A program made the position numbers and the translations under genes. The notes beneath the pieces are model-generated. The model saw nothing but the letters and a program-made list of their open reading frames with translations. It ran no database searches and was not told the origin of the DNA. 20,000 bases of DNA. Source: an uncultured virus (IMG/VR IMGVR_UViG_3300005265_000028) (lineage: Duplodnaviria; Heunggongvirae; Uroviricota; Caudoviricetes). Numbering within the stretch: the first letter of the stretch is position 1; every line of letters starts with the position of its first letter. The stretch is from the IMG/VR virus record IMGVR_UViG_3300005265_000028, one strand, 5' to 3'. This document shows, one piece after another, positions 1 to 8,985 of the stretch.

Positions 1-2
1 CA

Positions 3-596
3 TTAGCCTCTCTTCGCTCTCAACCTCTTTATCTTATCGACTATACTCTCCTTCGAGCTATCGCCAGTACCATTCGCGTTATCGTTGGCTTTGTTGTTAG
101 CAGCTGAAGTGTTGTTCTTCTTGTTCTTTATCAATTCTCTTAATTTACTTTTACTTGTTCCTCCACTATTCGCGGAACCCCTTGTGGATACACTATTAGC
201 TTCACGTTCACTTTTACTATACAGCCATAACGCGACACCGACATAGCTTGCTGCTAATTTGAATGAATCGCTAACCGCAGCCTTCAGGGTCAAATCTCTT
301 GTCATACCTTTCTTGTTTATCATCTCTGAACCTACACCATACCGTTTTATAACTCTACCGTCCGGTGTTATGAACTCAATATATGATTTGACGTACCATA
401 CATCATTAATGGGCTGTACTTCTTCGACCACGAATTGCCAGTTCAATCCGAACGCTTCATCCAGCACTTTCTTGGCTTCAAATTTGTCGATGTATGTTAT
501 CTTGATATTGCTACCCCTGTCATAGCTATACAGTTTGAGATCTTTGGTAGCCAAAGCTTCCATTATTTCTTGTTCTGTTTTCTGTTTCTCTGACAT
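3..596 (-). CDS. Rad52/Rad22-like single-strand annealing protein (Sak-type) with low-complexity basic C-terminal tail
   Basis: YID...VLDEAFGLNW, RYGVG and LKAAVSDSFKLAASYVGVALWLY match the Rad52-family core. GGAGGAGG lies upstream. The stop overlaps an ATG at the window edge (TAATG). Confidence 0.8.
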   Translation of the reverse strand: MSEKQKTEQEIMEALATKDLKLYSYDRGSNIKITYIDKFEAKKVLDEAFGLNWQFVVEEVQPINDVWYVKSYIEFITPDGRVIKRYGVGSEMINKKGMTRDLTLKAAVSDSFKLAASYVGVALWLYSKSEREANSVSTRGSANSGGTSKSKLRELIKNKKNNTSAANNKANDNANGTGDSSKESIVDKIKRLRAKRG

Positions 597-641
597 TATA
601 TATGATTCCTCCTCCTAATAATTTAATATTTGATATCATAA

Positions 642-1781
642 TTATTTATTATTTTTATTGTTATATAGACAAACACTTTTTGCCGTTATCATTTTACGTG
701 TCGTGTACTGATAATCTGTTTTGATACCATCAACCGTTACAATATTACCTCTAACTAATACGTCCAAATAGTTATCTGGCTTATTGAATAAGTAACATAA
801 TATATCTCCGTAATCGCTATTCAATACGAATTGGTGATACTTAGAGCCACGTGCCGAACGTTTATTCAGCTGAACATTTGAAATCACACCATTAATAGTC
901 AATCGTTCGCCGAAATCTGTGTCATAGAAGTTGTCGCCACCATATTCTGTATTGTTGTAACCACAATACTCGTATTGTTTCTTCAACAGATACTCTTCTG
1001 TTGTATCGCAATACTTGTTATAAAGCTCTACGATCTCTTCGTAATGCTCATCTGGCGTACCATCTGCTTGTTTCTTATATAACAGGAAATAGTTAAGATT
1101 ATCCTTACCTTTAACACCGAAGTATACATTCCTGCTGTAACTGCCACGTGAACAACGCATGATGAATATTTCTCGTAACATATTCGCACGGTTACCTATC
1201 GAATCCATAGCGCCACTGAACACTAATGCTTCCAGATGACCAAGCGTTATAGCGTTACGTGTACGCGCACACATGAGCATCGTATAAGCAGTTGATACAA
1301 CAAGATGTTCAGCTGAATATGTCGAAGCTATATACAAACATTTGTATATTTCGCTATCTACCAGTTGTTTCAAACGTGATGGGGTCAGTTTGTACGTTTT
1401 CATACTACGTTTGGAGTCCTTTGATCTCCATTTCTCGTAGCTGGACCAGAACTTGTCAGTATAATCGCTGTAACCGTATACTTCCTTGTTTGTATTAGCT
1501 TTCTCTAACAGATCATGCATATTCTTGAACGGCCTATTTGTTATCAACCATTTAGCTTTATCATAACCTATGGACTTAATCGCAGATAAAGAATACAGCA
1601 CGCTATTAGTCTCTGGTATGTATACGAAACGGTGCATCGATCTGTTTATGTCAGGCGCTAACAGCTTCATCTTACGTTTACAATCTGCCAGTAACGCTCT
1701 GAACAGATCACCCTCGTCTTCTGACATAGTAGCAATAATTGAAGCCATAAGATGTGCCGCTTTCAAGGATTTCCCATACAC
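642..1781 (-). CDS. dnaE: DNA polymerase III alpha subunit, C-terminal part (end of fingers, HhH, OB fold), out of frame with the N-terminal part
   Basis: MASII...CKRKMKLLAPDINRS, LYSLSAIKSIG, RPFKNMHDL, LEALVFSGAMDSIG and a C-terminal OB fold. Homology begins near the ATG at 1748. No clear Shine-Dalgarno, so independent translation is uncertain. Confidence 0.85.
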   Translation of the reverse strand: MYGKSLKAAHLMASIIATMSEDEGDLFRALLADCKRKMKLLAPDINRSMHRFVYIPETNSVLYSLSAIKSIGYDKAKWLITNRPFKNMHDLLEKANTNKEVYGYSDYTDKFWSSYEKWRSKDSKRSMKTYKLTPSRLKQLVDSEIYKCLYIASTYSAEHLVVSTAYTMLMCARTRNAITLGHLEALVFSGAMDSIGNRANMLREIFIMRCSRGSYSRNVYFGVKGKDNLNYFLLYKKQADGTPDEHYEEIVELYNKYCDTTEEYLLKKQYEYCGYNNTEYGGDNFYDTDFGERLTINGVISNVQLNKRSARGSKYHQFVLNSDYGDILCYLFNKPDNYLDVLVRGNIVTVDGIKTDYQYTTRKMITAKSVCLYNNKNNK

Positions 1782-3900
1782 GGTTTATAACTTCAGCTGA
1801 CCAACCTTTCTGTTCCGCTTTCTTGTAGAACAGCTCCTTAAGTTTAACTACCACATCGTGCTTCTTCTTACCCAACGCTTTACGAACTTTGTCAGCTTCA
1901 AGGTCAGTCATACCGATAGCTCTACATGCGCCTAACACATTATCTTGATACAGAAATATACCATACGTATGTTTCAATACTGGTTCCAGATCAGGATGGA
2001 TGTAATCAACTGGCTCTTCGCCGTTCTTACGTTTGATGTATAGCTGGTCTAACCCGTGTTTCAACACAGCTGGCCTGAACGATGCAACGGCAGCTGCAAG
2101 GTCATTGAGGTTATGAGGCTTCATATCACGAATCAGTTTCTTCATCATACGGTTCTTAGCCTGGAAGAAACCGACCATACTGTCTTTTATTATGAAATTG
2201 TAGATAGCCATGTCGTCAGTAGGAATATCAGCTATTTTTATACCAAGCATATGTAACCCAGTCCTTATCGCGTATAACGAATTCAGACCAAGAAAATCCA
2301 TCTTCACACCGCCGGCAGCTTCTATCGATTCCATATCATACTGAACAGCTGTAAGCCCGTCACGTATCATAACAGGCCATAACGTATGAGTAGGTTGTGA
2401 TGTTATAACACAACCACATGCGTGTAACCCATCGTTTTTGGGGATATTCATATCAGATATCACTCTAATATACTCTATCCATCGTTTATGTTCAGCTGAT
2501 TTATTAGCTAACTCCAGAGGCAAATCAGTCTTAGCCAAAAGTTCGTCATAACTGGTAACATCTGCAGCTTTATTGCTGAGCGCTTTGATATCACGTTGAT
2601 CTATCTCGAATGTTTTCCCAACAACCTGGATAGTAGATTTGAGTTTCAGCCTCTGGAATGTTGCGATACGCGCAACATTCTCTTTACCATACATCTCTTC
2701 AACTATCTTGAATGCCCGGTCTCTATCTGTGTTATAGAAATCGTAGTCTATATCTGGCAATGACTTACGACCGGGTGTCATGAACCGTTCGAACATAATA
2801 TTGTGTTTAATAGGATCAATATCATGCAGCTGCAAACAATAGGCGACTAACGAACCGCAAGCGCTACCACGTGGACCATACAGGATCCCGCGACGACGGA
2901 ACTCTTTGAATATATTATAGTTCAACAGGAAATAAGGAGCTGTACCGTTAGCTTTGATTACACTCAACTCATAGTCCAGACGTTCGTAATAACGTTTGTC
3001 ACAACCAGGTATTAACACTGGTAGCTGTTCATACACCAGTTCGCTTAGCTTAGTATACTCAGTATAATCGTTATCTAATTCGATATGCGGCATGAACGGT
3101 TTGTTCAATGCCAATTCGAACTCGACTAGTTCTAATAGCTGGTTCGTATTATCTATTGCGAAACGCGGGATACCTTCGTAGCTCATCAGCTGATCATATG
3201 TCCATAGGTAATAATAGTTCTCATAAGCTCTGCTTGGAGCATCTTTACGTTTCGTCGGCATCAATAGCTCGTCTTTGATTAAGCTATGCAGCTTATGATC
3301 GTCTGACGTTACGTAATGACTATCAGTCGCGCAATACACATTATGCTCATCGAACAACTCTAGTACGAATTCGTTCAACTTACGCTGGTTCTCTTCATAT
3401 GCTGGCTGTATCTCACCTTTGAATCTGTCGCCGAACACTTCTTTATACGCGTTGAAACGTTTAACAGCTATATCTTTATCACCTTCGAGGTATGGTTTGA
3501 GGATACCGCCGCGACAAGCGGTTGTGAGGAGGAGTCCTTCGTTGTGTTTGAATAGATCGGTATACAGTATTCTTGGTTTATAGTATTTGTATCTATACGA
3601 TTCTTTCACGAGGTACAGCAGATTGTTGTATCCGGTTTCGTTTAGTACTATGATGACTAGATGGGTAGTATCCTTCGGGTCATCGTGTAACATATATGCT
3701 TCTATGCCTATGATAGGTTTCACTCCGTATTCCAGGCACATCTGTGTATGTTCGACCCAACCGTAACAGTTGCCATGATCAGTTATCGCTAATGCTTTCA
3801 ACCAACCAGATGCGTAGTCCAGATACTCTTGACTGCTTGCGATTCCGTCCGCTATACTATAGGTAGTATGAGTATGATATGGTACATACACTACTATCAA
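1708..3900 (-). CDS. dnaE: DNA polymerase III alpha subunit, N-terminal part (PHP, palm, thumb, part of fingers)
   Basis: HTHTTYSIADG, AITDHGN, GVKPIIGIEAY, ATDSHY, GPRGSACGSLVAY, MFERF, LPDIDYDF, KMDFLGL, TYGIFLYQD. Ends at SYGFN plus 9 non-homologous residues. TTG start after AAAGGAGGAG. Confidence 0.95.
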   Translation of the reverse strand: MIVVYVPYHTHTTYSIADGIASSQEYLDYASGWLKALAITDHGNCYGWVEHTQMCLEYGVKPIIGIEAYMLHDDPKDTTHLVIIVLNETGYNNLLYLVKESYRYKYYKPRILYTDLFKHNEGLLLTTACRGGILKPYLEGDKDIAVKRFNAYKEVFGDRFKGEIQPAYEENQRKLNEFVLELFDEHNVYCATDSHYVTSDDHKLHSLIKDELLMPTKRKDAPSRAYENYYYLWTYDQLMSYEGIPRFAIDNTNQLLELVEFELALNKPFMPHIELDNDYTEYTKLSELVYEQLPVLIPGCDKRYYERLDYELSVIKANGTAPYFLLNYNIFKEFRRRGILYGPRGSACGSLVAYCLQLHDIDPIKHNIMFERFMTPGRKSLPDIDYDFYNTDRDRAFKIVEEMYGKENVARIATFQRLKLKSTIQVVGKTFEIDQRDIKALSNKAADVTSYDELLAKTDLPLELANKSAEHKRWIEYIRVISDMNIPKNDGLHACGCVITSQPTHTLWPVMIRDGLTAVQYDMESIEAAGGVKMDFLGLNSLYAIRTGLHMLGIKIADIPTDDMAIYNFIIKDSMVGFFQAKNRMMKKLIRDMKPHNLNDLAAAVASFRPAVLKHGLDQLYIKRKNGEEPVDYIHPDLEPVLKHTYGIFLYQDNVLGACRAIGMTDLEADKVRKALGKKKHDVVVKLKELFYKKAEQKGWSAEVINRVWEILESGTSYGFNYCYYVRRRG

Positions 3901-3913
3901 CTCCTCCTTTCCA

Positions 3914-3938
3914 AATGGCTCCTATCTAAGGAGCCATT
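3914..3938 (-). promoter_or_regulatory. Perfect 10-bp stem-loop between the primase stop and the dnaE ribosome-binding site
   Basis: AATGGCTCCT-atcta-AGGAGCCATT inverted repeat with only a 3-nt U run, a few nt upstream of the dnaE Shine-Dalgarno. Confidence 0.55.
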
Positions 3939-4971
3939 AAAATTTGAATAAATGATCTATCTCTCCAATGAACCCTTTGTATTCATATTCTGTTCTGCAT
4001 AGCTTCTTCAATTTATTATACAACCTGTATTTGATATATAACAAGTGCTGTTCGTTATATTCTTCAGCATCGTTCATGACTGTTTTGAAGTCTTCAGCTG
4101 AATGATGCTTGAGGTATTCACGCATATCCTTCGCTGGCAGTTTCATAACGAATACTTTACTCATACCATATAGCTTATCGATTATCTTCATAGCTGCTTC
4201 AGTGCCAGCGGTATCGTTATCATAACATACATATACTGTTTTCCTGTTAAAATATTTGTAGCACCATTCCAGTTTGAAAGAGTTACAACCATTAGTATTC
4301 GTGACTGGCGTTACGAATTTGTCTACACCCGCGCTGTAAGCTGCTAACACATCTGGCTCACCTTCTAGTAGAAGTAATTTGTTACTCTTAACCAGAAGGT
4401 TATGTGGATACATAGCAGCACGGCTACCGGATGCCATAAGAGTTTTAGAGAACGGGTTACCGTTGAGTCTATGATACTTCACACATACGAGTTTGCTGTC
4501 GTTATTAACTGGGATGACTAGTCGTTTACAGCTCTTATCGAGCCTTATACCAAGTTTGAAACGTTTAACTATATCAGTCGATATACCATATTTGTTGACT
4601 AACCTGAGATATTTGTTGTTATTAAGTAACCTATTATGCATCTCTGCGATATCTTTCCATGTAACATCCAGCTGTTGCTCATGTTTCACTAAAGTCGGAG
4701 CTAACAGCTTCAACGCTTCTTGGAATGTTATACCTAACTTATCGATAGTCAGCTGAATGAAATCACCTGAGGTGCCACATGCTTTGCATTGGAACAAGCC
4801 GGTTGTAGAGTTCAGATACATACTCGGATTATTGTCATCATGATATATACATGTGAATACCCATTCGTTACCATACTCTTTTGGCCATTGCTCTAATACA
4901 TCTTCGCAGAACATCTGTTTATCAGTAGTATCCCATATCAGCTGTCTGTCGATACGGTTATTCGTATACAT
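3937..4971 (-). CDS. DNA primase (CHC2 zinc finger + Toprim)
   Basis: CIYHDDNNPS...FQCKACG zinc finger; LLLEGEPDVLA and YVCYDNDTAG Toprim motifs; KDMREYL. Start placed at ATG 4971 (ORF track gives 4983). Confidence 0.92.
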   Translation of the reverse strand: MYTNNRIDRQLIWDTTDKQMFCEDVLEQWPKEYGNEWVFTCIYHDDNNPSMYLNSTTGLFQCKACGTSGDFIQLTIDKLGITFQEALKLLAPTLVKHEQQLDVTWKDIAEMHNRLLNNNKYLRLVNKYGISTDIVKRFKLGIRLDKSCKRLVIPVNNDSKLVCVKYHRLNGNPFSKTLMASGSRAAMYPHNLLVKSNKLLLLEGEPDVLAAYSAGVDKFVTPVTNTNGCNSFKLEWCYKYFNRKTVYVCYDNDTAGTEAAMKIIDKLYGMSKVFVMKLPAKDMREYLKHHSAEDFKTVMNDAEEYNEQHLLYIKYRLYNKLKKLCRTEYEYKGFIGEIDHLFKF

Positions 4972-5545
4972 ATTTATACACATCCTTGATCACATTAAAG
5001 AATTTTATCTCGATATCTTTATTATTAGCTCTTAACACATACGAAGGATGATATAACATGTATACCCTGTATATCTCATTGTTGATCATAACATCTTTAT
5101 GTTTCCCAGCTAGCTTCGTTATACCGCCAGTTGATTTGTTATCAACCACAGATTTGTAGGCCACATTCCCTAACACCAGTATCGCTATCGGCGAAACATA
5201 ATCTATCTCAGCTGCTAATATACTATAACAGCTGAATATCGCATCATCTGGTGGTTTGACTATTGTGCCGTTGATATGCGGGAAACATTTGACTGCATTT
5301 GTTATGTAACAATCATCAGCGGCGAACCCTGCTAGTTTGAGGTAACGGCGCAAGAGTTTACCACTCTTGCCTATGAACGGTTTCATCTGTTCGTATTCTT
5401 CTGGTCCCGGCGCTTCTCCTACTATTACTAGCTTCGCACTACCGTTACCTTCCGGGCCAACCTTATGAGACACGATACGATGTAACCGGCAACGTGTACA
5501 GTTACTGCACTGTATACCGGTATGCAAATCTATGTCATATCTCAT
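4958..5545 (-). CDS. Uracil-DNA glycosylase, family 4 (Fe-S cluster type)
   Basis: CTRCRL, GEAPGPEE, PFIGKSGKLL, YITNAVKC, HPSY. Confidence 0.93.
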   Translation of the reverse strand: MRYDIDLHTGIQCSNCTRCRLHRIVSHKVGPEGNGSAKLVIVGEAPGPEEYEQMKPFIGKSGKLLRRYLKLAGFAADDCYITNAVKCFPHINGTIVKPPDDAIFSCYSILAAEIDYVSPIAILVLGNVAYKSVVDNKSTGGITKLAGKHKDVMINNEIYRVYMLYHPSYVLRANNKDIEIKFFNVIKDVYKYVYE

Positions 5546-5843
5546 ATAATGATTTGTCCTCCGTTATATTCTCTTGTTCATTAGTATCAGCTGATAATTC
5601 GAAACGTAACACTTTGATATAAACTTTGCTGTCCCATTGACACAATGTGCCTGAAACCATAATCGTATCACCTTGCTTGATATTATTCTTCATCGCGATC
5701 GCCACATTTTTCCATGCGATGATAGTAAACAAGTTCTTACCGACCGTTAATCTGAATTGTAACCGTGCGGTCTGGTTATCTGCTGGTTCTTTGAACGATA
5801 CTATACGTTCAACTATACCAACAAGAACAACTCTGTTAAACAT
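5535..5843 (-). CDS. ssb: Single-stranded DNA-binding protein (short OB fold)
   Basis: MFNRVVLVG, F..IAWKNVA, KQGDTIMVSGTL and an acidic tail. Confidence 0.8.
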   Translation of the reverse strand: MFNRVVLVGIVERIVSFKEPADNQTARLQFRLTVGKNLFTIIAWKNVAIAMKNNIKQGDTIMVSGTLCQWDSKVYIKVLRFELSADTNEQENITEDKSLYEI

Positions 5844-6438
5844 ATTGGAATATCACACCCCTAACTATTTCGTTTATCTCAGCGTTAGAAAGATCAGCTG
5901 AGATATCAACAACGACAGTACGTTCGTTATTAAGTAGCCACTCGTCATATAAAGACTTTATGTGTTTGAGATACTCGATTGTTATATTCTCTTCGCCAGA
6001 ACGACCACGTTGCGCTATACGTTTAAGCGCGAATTCAATATCTATGTTGAGATAAAGGAATACATCTGGCTCACGTACGAAATACATCATATCATCGAAT
6101 ATCATGTTGTAACGTTGACGTTCCCATTCTTCCATGTAACCAGCTTCAGTTACTAACCTAGAAAATATATGATAATCAGTATATATCGAACGTTCTATTA
6201 CTATGTTCTTATCTGAATACCTGCGTTGTATATCGTAATGTATATGCGCACGACTCGTCAGCATCGCTAACTGGAACGGGAACGCCCATCTGTCCGGGTC
6301 TTCGTAGTACAGTTCGAGTAACCTCTTGTTCTTATCTATCGGTTCAGTAATCGTAATAATATTATAAGCGCTGGTATCTATGCGTCTTATGAACTCGCTT
6401 TTACCAGCGCCTATGTTACCCTCTATGCTAATAAGCAT
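5836..6438 (-). CDS. Deoxynucleoside kinase
   Basis: ISIEGNIGAGKS P-loop, EP, YYEDPDRWAFPFQ, ERSIYTD, RIAQRGRSGE. Confidence 0.93.
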   Translation of the reverse strand: MLISIEGNIGAGKSEFIRRIDTSAYNIITITEPIDKNKRLLELYYEDPDRWAFPFQLAMLTSRAHIHYDIQRRYSDKNIVIERSIYTDYHIFSRLVTEAGYMEEWERQRYNMIFDDMMYFVREPDVFLYLNIDIEFALKRIAQRGRSGEENITIEYLKHIKSLYDEWLLNNERTVVVDISADLSNAEINEIVRGVIFQYV

Positions 6439-6441
6439 CGC

Positions 6442-6588
6442 TCACACCTCACACAGTGTGTTATCTTCACAGTTGCAGTTGCCTATACATAAATCAACTG
6501 GCTGTCTGCAACGGTCACATAACACTAAGATTTCACGTGCATCTCTGTAATAGTCAGCTACCAGAGATAATAATAATGTATCGTTCAT
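6442..6588 (-). CDS. Small Cys-rich hypothetical protein (possible metal binding)
   Basis: AGGAG before ATG 6588; CDRC...CIGNCNC; fills the gap between genes. Confidence 0.6.
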   Translation of the reverse strand: MNDTLLLSLVADYYRDAREILVLCDRCRQPVDLCIGNCNCEDNTLCEV

Positions 6589-6627
6589 ATGTTTCACTCC
6601 TGATATAAAGTTTTGCATAACCATTTA

Positions 6628-7608
6628 TTATTTAATTAATACATGTAAATACTCAGCAACTGAAGATGTTCTTTTATCGCTATGGCTGTTGAAACGTCTT
6701 TTGACATACGTGTAACGATCATATACGCCGTGTTTGGAGAACATCTTCTTTATCTCATTTAATGATAGAATCCCTTCGTCGTTATATGACATGAACACAT
6801 ATCTGCATTTCAATCGTTTCAATAATTCGTTCAAATAACGTGCTGCGTTGCTCTTATAACACAGCTGCGAACGAATATAATTATCAGAACTGTAGTCTTG
6901 ATATCTTGTGCTGCAACATTTCGCAATAGTATTCAATACTCTGTACATAGAACCGTATTGTCTACGATTATACGGCGGGTCTATATACACGATATCAGCT
7001 GAAACGAATTTGGTTAACTCGAGAGCATCTAGCCTGTATACCTTACCATTCGTTACATGCGATAACGGTAACGCTGGCAGAAACTCTATGGGCTTAACAG
7101 CGCTGCTCTTGAATTGCTTGAGGTACGATTCATAGTTACAAGCTACATTAGCGACCCTATCAGCTGACTCTAATATAGATGCTACCACGAAATAATATAA
7201 CCTATGACCTTCGTATCTGCGCGCATAGACGCAAGCTGCATCGAGCTTCATTGCGTTATGCTCTGTGTAATACATCTTACCGCCAAGCGGACTATACGTA
7301 TTAGTTATATAGCCACGTAACGGTTTCAGGTTATTCAGCTGATTAATGATATCAACACACTCCTGTTGCGTATCAGCATCTAATGATAAGCCTATGTAGT
7401 TATTCGCTAACACGTATGAGAACAACTCGATATCATTAGCTATAACACCATTGCATTCGTACATACGTTGTGCTACAACAGTAGTGCCTGCCATTATGTC
7501 AAGGAAACTATGGTTCTCTAACTTGCCATCGATAGTCCTTATGATAGTGTTATATATGAACTCCAGAACGCTTAGCTTAGAGCCAATAAAATTTAATACT
7601 TTCTTCAT
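6628..7608 (-). CDS. N6-adenine DNA methyltransferase, M.NlaIII/M.HpyI-like
   Basis: NFIGSK, DIMAGT, VIANDIELFSYVL, ASILESADRVAN, YIDPPYNRRQYG, FMSYNDEG. ATG 7608 overlaps the dUTPase stop. CATG specificity is only by family analogy. Confidence 0.88.
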   Translation of the reverse strand: MKKVLNFIGSKLSVLEFIYNTIIRTIDGKLENHSFLDIMAGTTVVAQRMYECNGVIANDIELFSYVLANNYIGLSLDADTQQECVDIINQLNNLKPLRGYITNTYSPLGGKMYYTEHNAMKLDAACVYARRYEGHRLYYFVVASILESADRVANVACNYESYLKQFKSSAVKPIEFLPALPLSHVTNGKVYRLDALELTKFVSADIVYIDPPYNRRQYGSMYRVLNTIAKCCSTRYQDYSSDNYIRSQLCYKSNAARYLNELLKRLKCRYVFMSYNDEGILSLNEIKKMFSKHGVYDRYTYVKRRFNSHSDKRTSSVAEYLHVLIK

Positions 7609-8036
7609 CGTCCGGTTGAACCGTACCCACCTTTCTTTCTGGCTGTGCCGCCTAACTGTGTGGACAGCTTCCATTCCACATCCTCTACCTTACAGAACAC
7701 AGCTTGCGCTATTCTATCATATTTGTTGACAACATATGGTTCAGCTGAAGTATTGAATAATATCACACCTAACTCACCACGGTACCCGGAGTCTACTGTG
7801 CCAGGTGAATTGAGCACTATGATACCATGTTTTAATGCTAAACCAGAACGTGAACGTATCTGCATCTCATAACCAACCGGTATCTCGATGGAAAACCCAA
7901 GTTTGAATAGAGATATTTCTCCTGGCTTCAAAGCTTTTGTATCTAACGAATACAAATCGTAACCGCTATCATCGTGGTGTTGTTTCGTTGGCACCACAGC
8001 ATCACTATTGAGTAACAAAAACTTTATTGTCAACAT
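7605..8036 (-). CDS. dut: Trimeric dUTPase
   Basis: SGYDL, RSRSGLA, NSPGTVDSGYRGE, DRIAQ, RKKGGYGSTG. Confidence 0.97.
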   Translation of the reverse strand: MLTIKFLLLNSDAVVPTKQHHDDSGYDLYSLDTKALKPGEISLFKLGFSIEIPVGYEMQIRSRSGLALKHGIIVLNSPGTVDSGYRGELGVILFNTSAEPYVVNKYDRIAQAVFCKVEDVEWKLSTQLGGTARKKGGYGSTGR

Positions 8037-8899
8037 ATAAGTTCACCAACTTTCTTTAGGAATAATTCTACAAGCGGATACAGGACCGTATCCGCTGCTG
8101 TATACGCGAGTTCTATATCATCATCTGGCAATACATAACTATCGTCGTAACCGTTTATACGAGCCACTTCACGCGGTGTAAGTGGCCTTATAGTACGTTC
8201 TGGAGTAAGAAAGTATTTGTAATGTTTATGTTGCGCTTGACCATACGAATGATATAGCGTATAGCGTTTCCCATTATTATAAACGAAACCAAGTTGTACT
8301 ATACGTTTAGTTTTCCTGCGTAACGACAACTTGGTCTCAGAGAATAACATGATATCACGATGCAATATGTTATAACGCCATGTCAGAGCAGGATGCTGCA
8401 GGTAATCACATACATAGTTAACGGTCGTATACAGCTGTTGTGCTCCGAATATATTTATATGCTGATAACTCAAGTTATTCATTATCGCAATCAGGAACAG
8501 TTTGCGTTTCACCAACGGGTAACCGTAGTCGTTATTGCTGATGAATTTGTATTGCACGCAATAACCGTTCGACGCAAGGATACTGAGCAATACATCAAGC
8601 GGTCGACCACTCTGGTGTGTTACTACAGTAGTATCAGCTTCTATCAGTATCGCTGATGGTCTATGATGCCTTAAATAATTAGCAAGGATACTCTTCACTT
8701 TATTATCAGCTGATATAGTCGGCTGTTGCCGTAACGATACTAGCATCACATCGTAATCATTGATGTGATAGTTATGTTTACAACGAGCGATACTGTAATA
8801 CTTACAGAGGTTATTGTTAAGTGTTGCGTGCACAATGGTATTGTTAGTCTTTTGTGCAGCATGTATGAAGCCTGGGGCATTCAGCACTACTAGTTTCAT
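8030..8899 (-). CDS. Degenerate C5-cytosine DNA methyltransferase homologue (catalytic motifs lost)
   Basis: Motif VIII-like GY...NNDYGYPLVKRKLFLIA and motif IX RPLTPREVARINGYDDSY are present. Motif IV reads DVMLVSLRQQP (no PC), motif VI reads ILIEAD (no ENV), and motif I lacks FxGxG. Confidence 0.75.
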   Translation of the reverse strand: MKLVVLNAPGFIHAAQKTNNTIVHATLNNNLCKYYSIARCKHNYHINDYDVMLVSLRQQPTISADNKVKSILANYLRHHRPSAILIEADTTVVTHQSGRPLDVLLSILASNGYCVQYKFISNNDYGYPLVKRKLFLIAIMNNLSYQHINIFGAQQLYTTVNYVCDYLQHPALTWRYNILHRDIMLFSETKLSLRRKTKRIVQLGFVYNNGKRYTLYHSYGQAQHKHYKYFLTPERTIRPLTPREVARINGYDDSYVLPDDDIELAYTAADTVLYPLVELFLKKVGELIC

Positions 8900-8985
8900 T
8901 ATTTCCATCCAATCATAAGTATTGATATTATCGTCGCGATTATAAATATTATGAATACTAAATCGTTCTTATTCAAGCGATGCAT
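8899..8985 (-). CDS. 28-aa hydrophobic membrane peptide (not in ORF track)
   Basis: MHRLNKNDLVFIIFIIATIISILMIGWK; AAAGGA upstream; stop overlaps the next start (TAATG). Confidence 0.6.
   Translation of the reverse strand: MHRLNKNDLVFIIFIIATIISILMIGWK

Noticed and set aside
1708..1781. Split intein or intron at the dnaE break
   Set aside because: The site is near the cyanobacterial split-intein position, but there are no intein blocks (no N-terminal CL, no C-terminal HN-C/S) and no extra sequence; sequence is missing rather than inserted.
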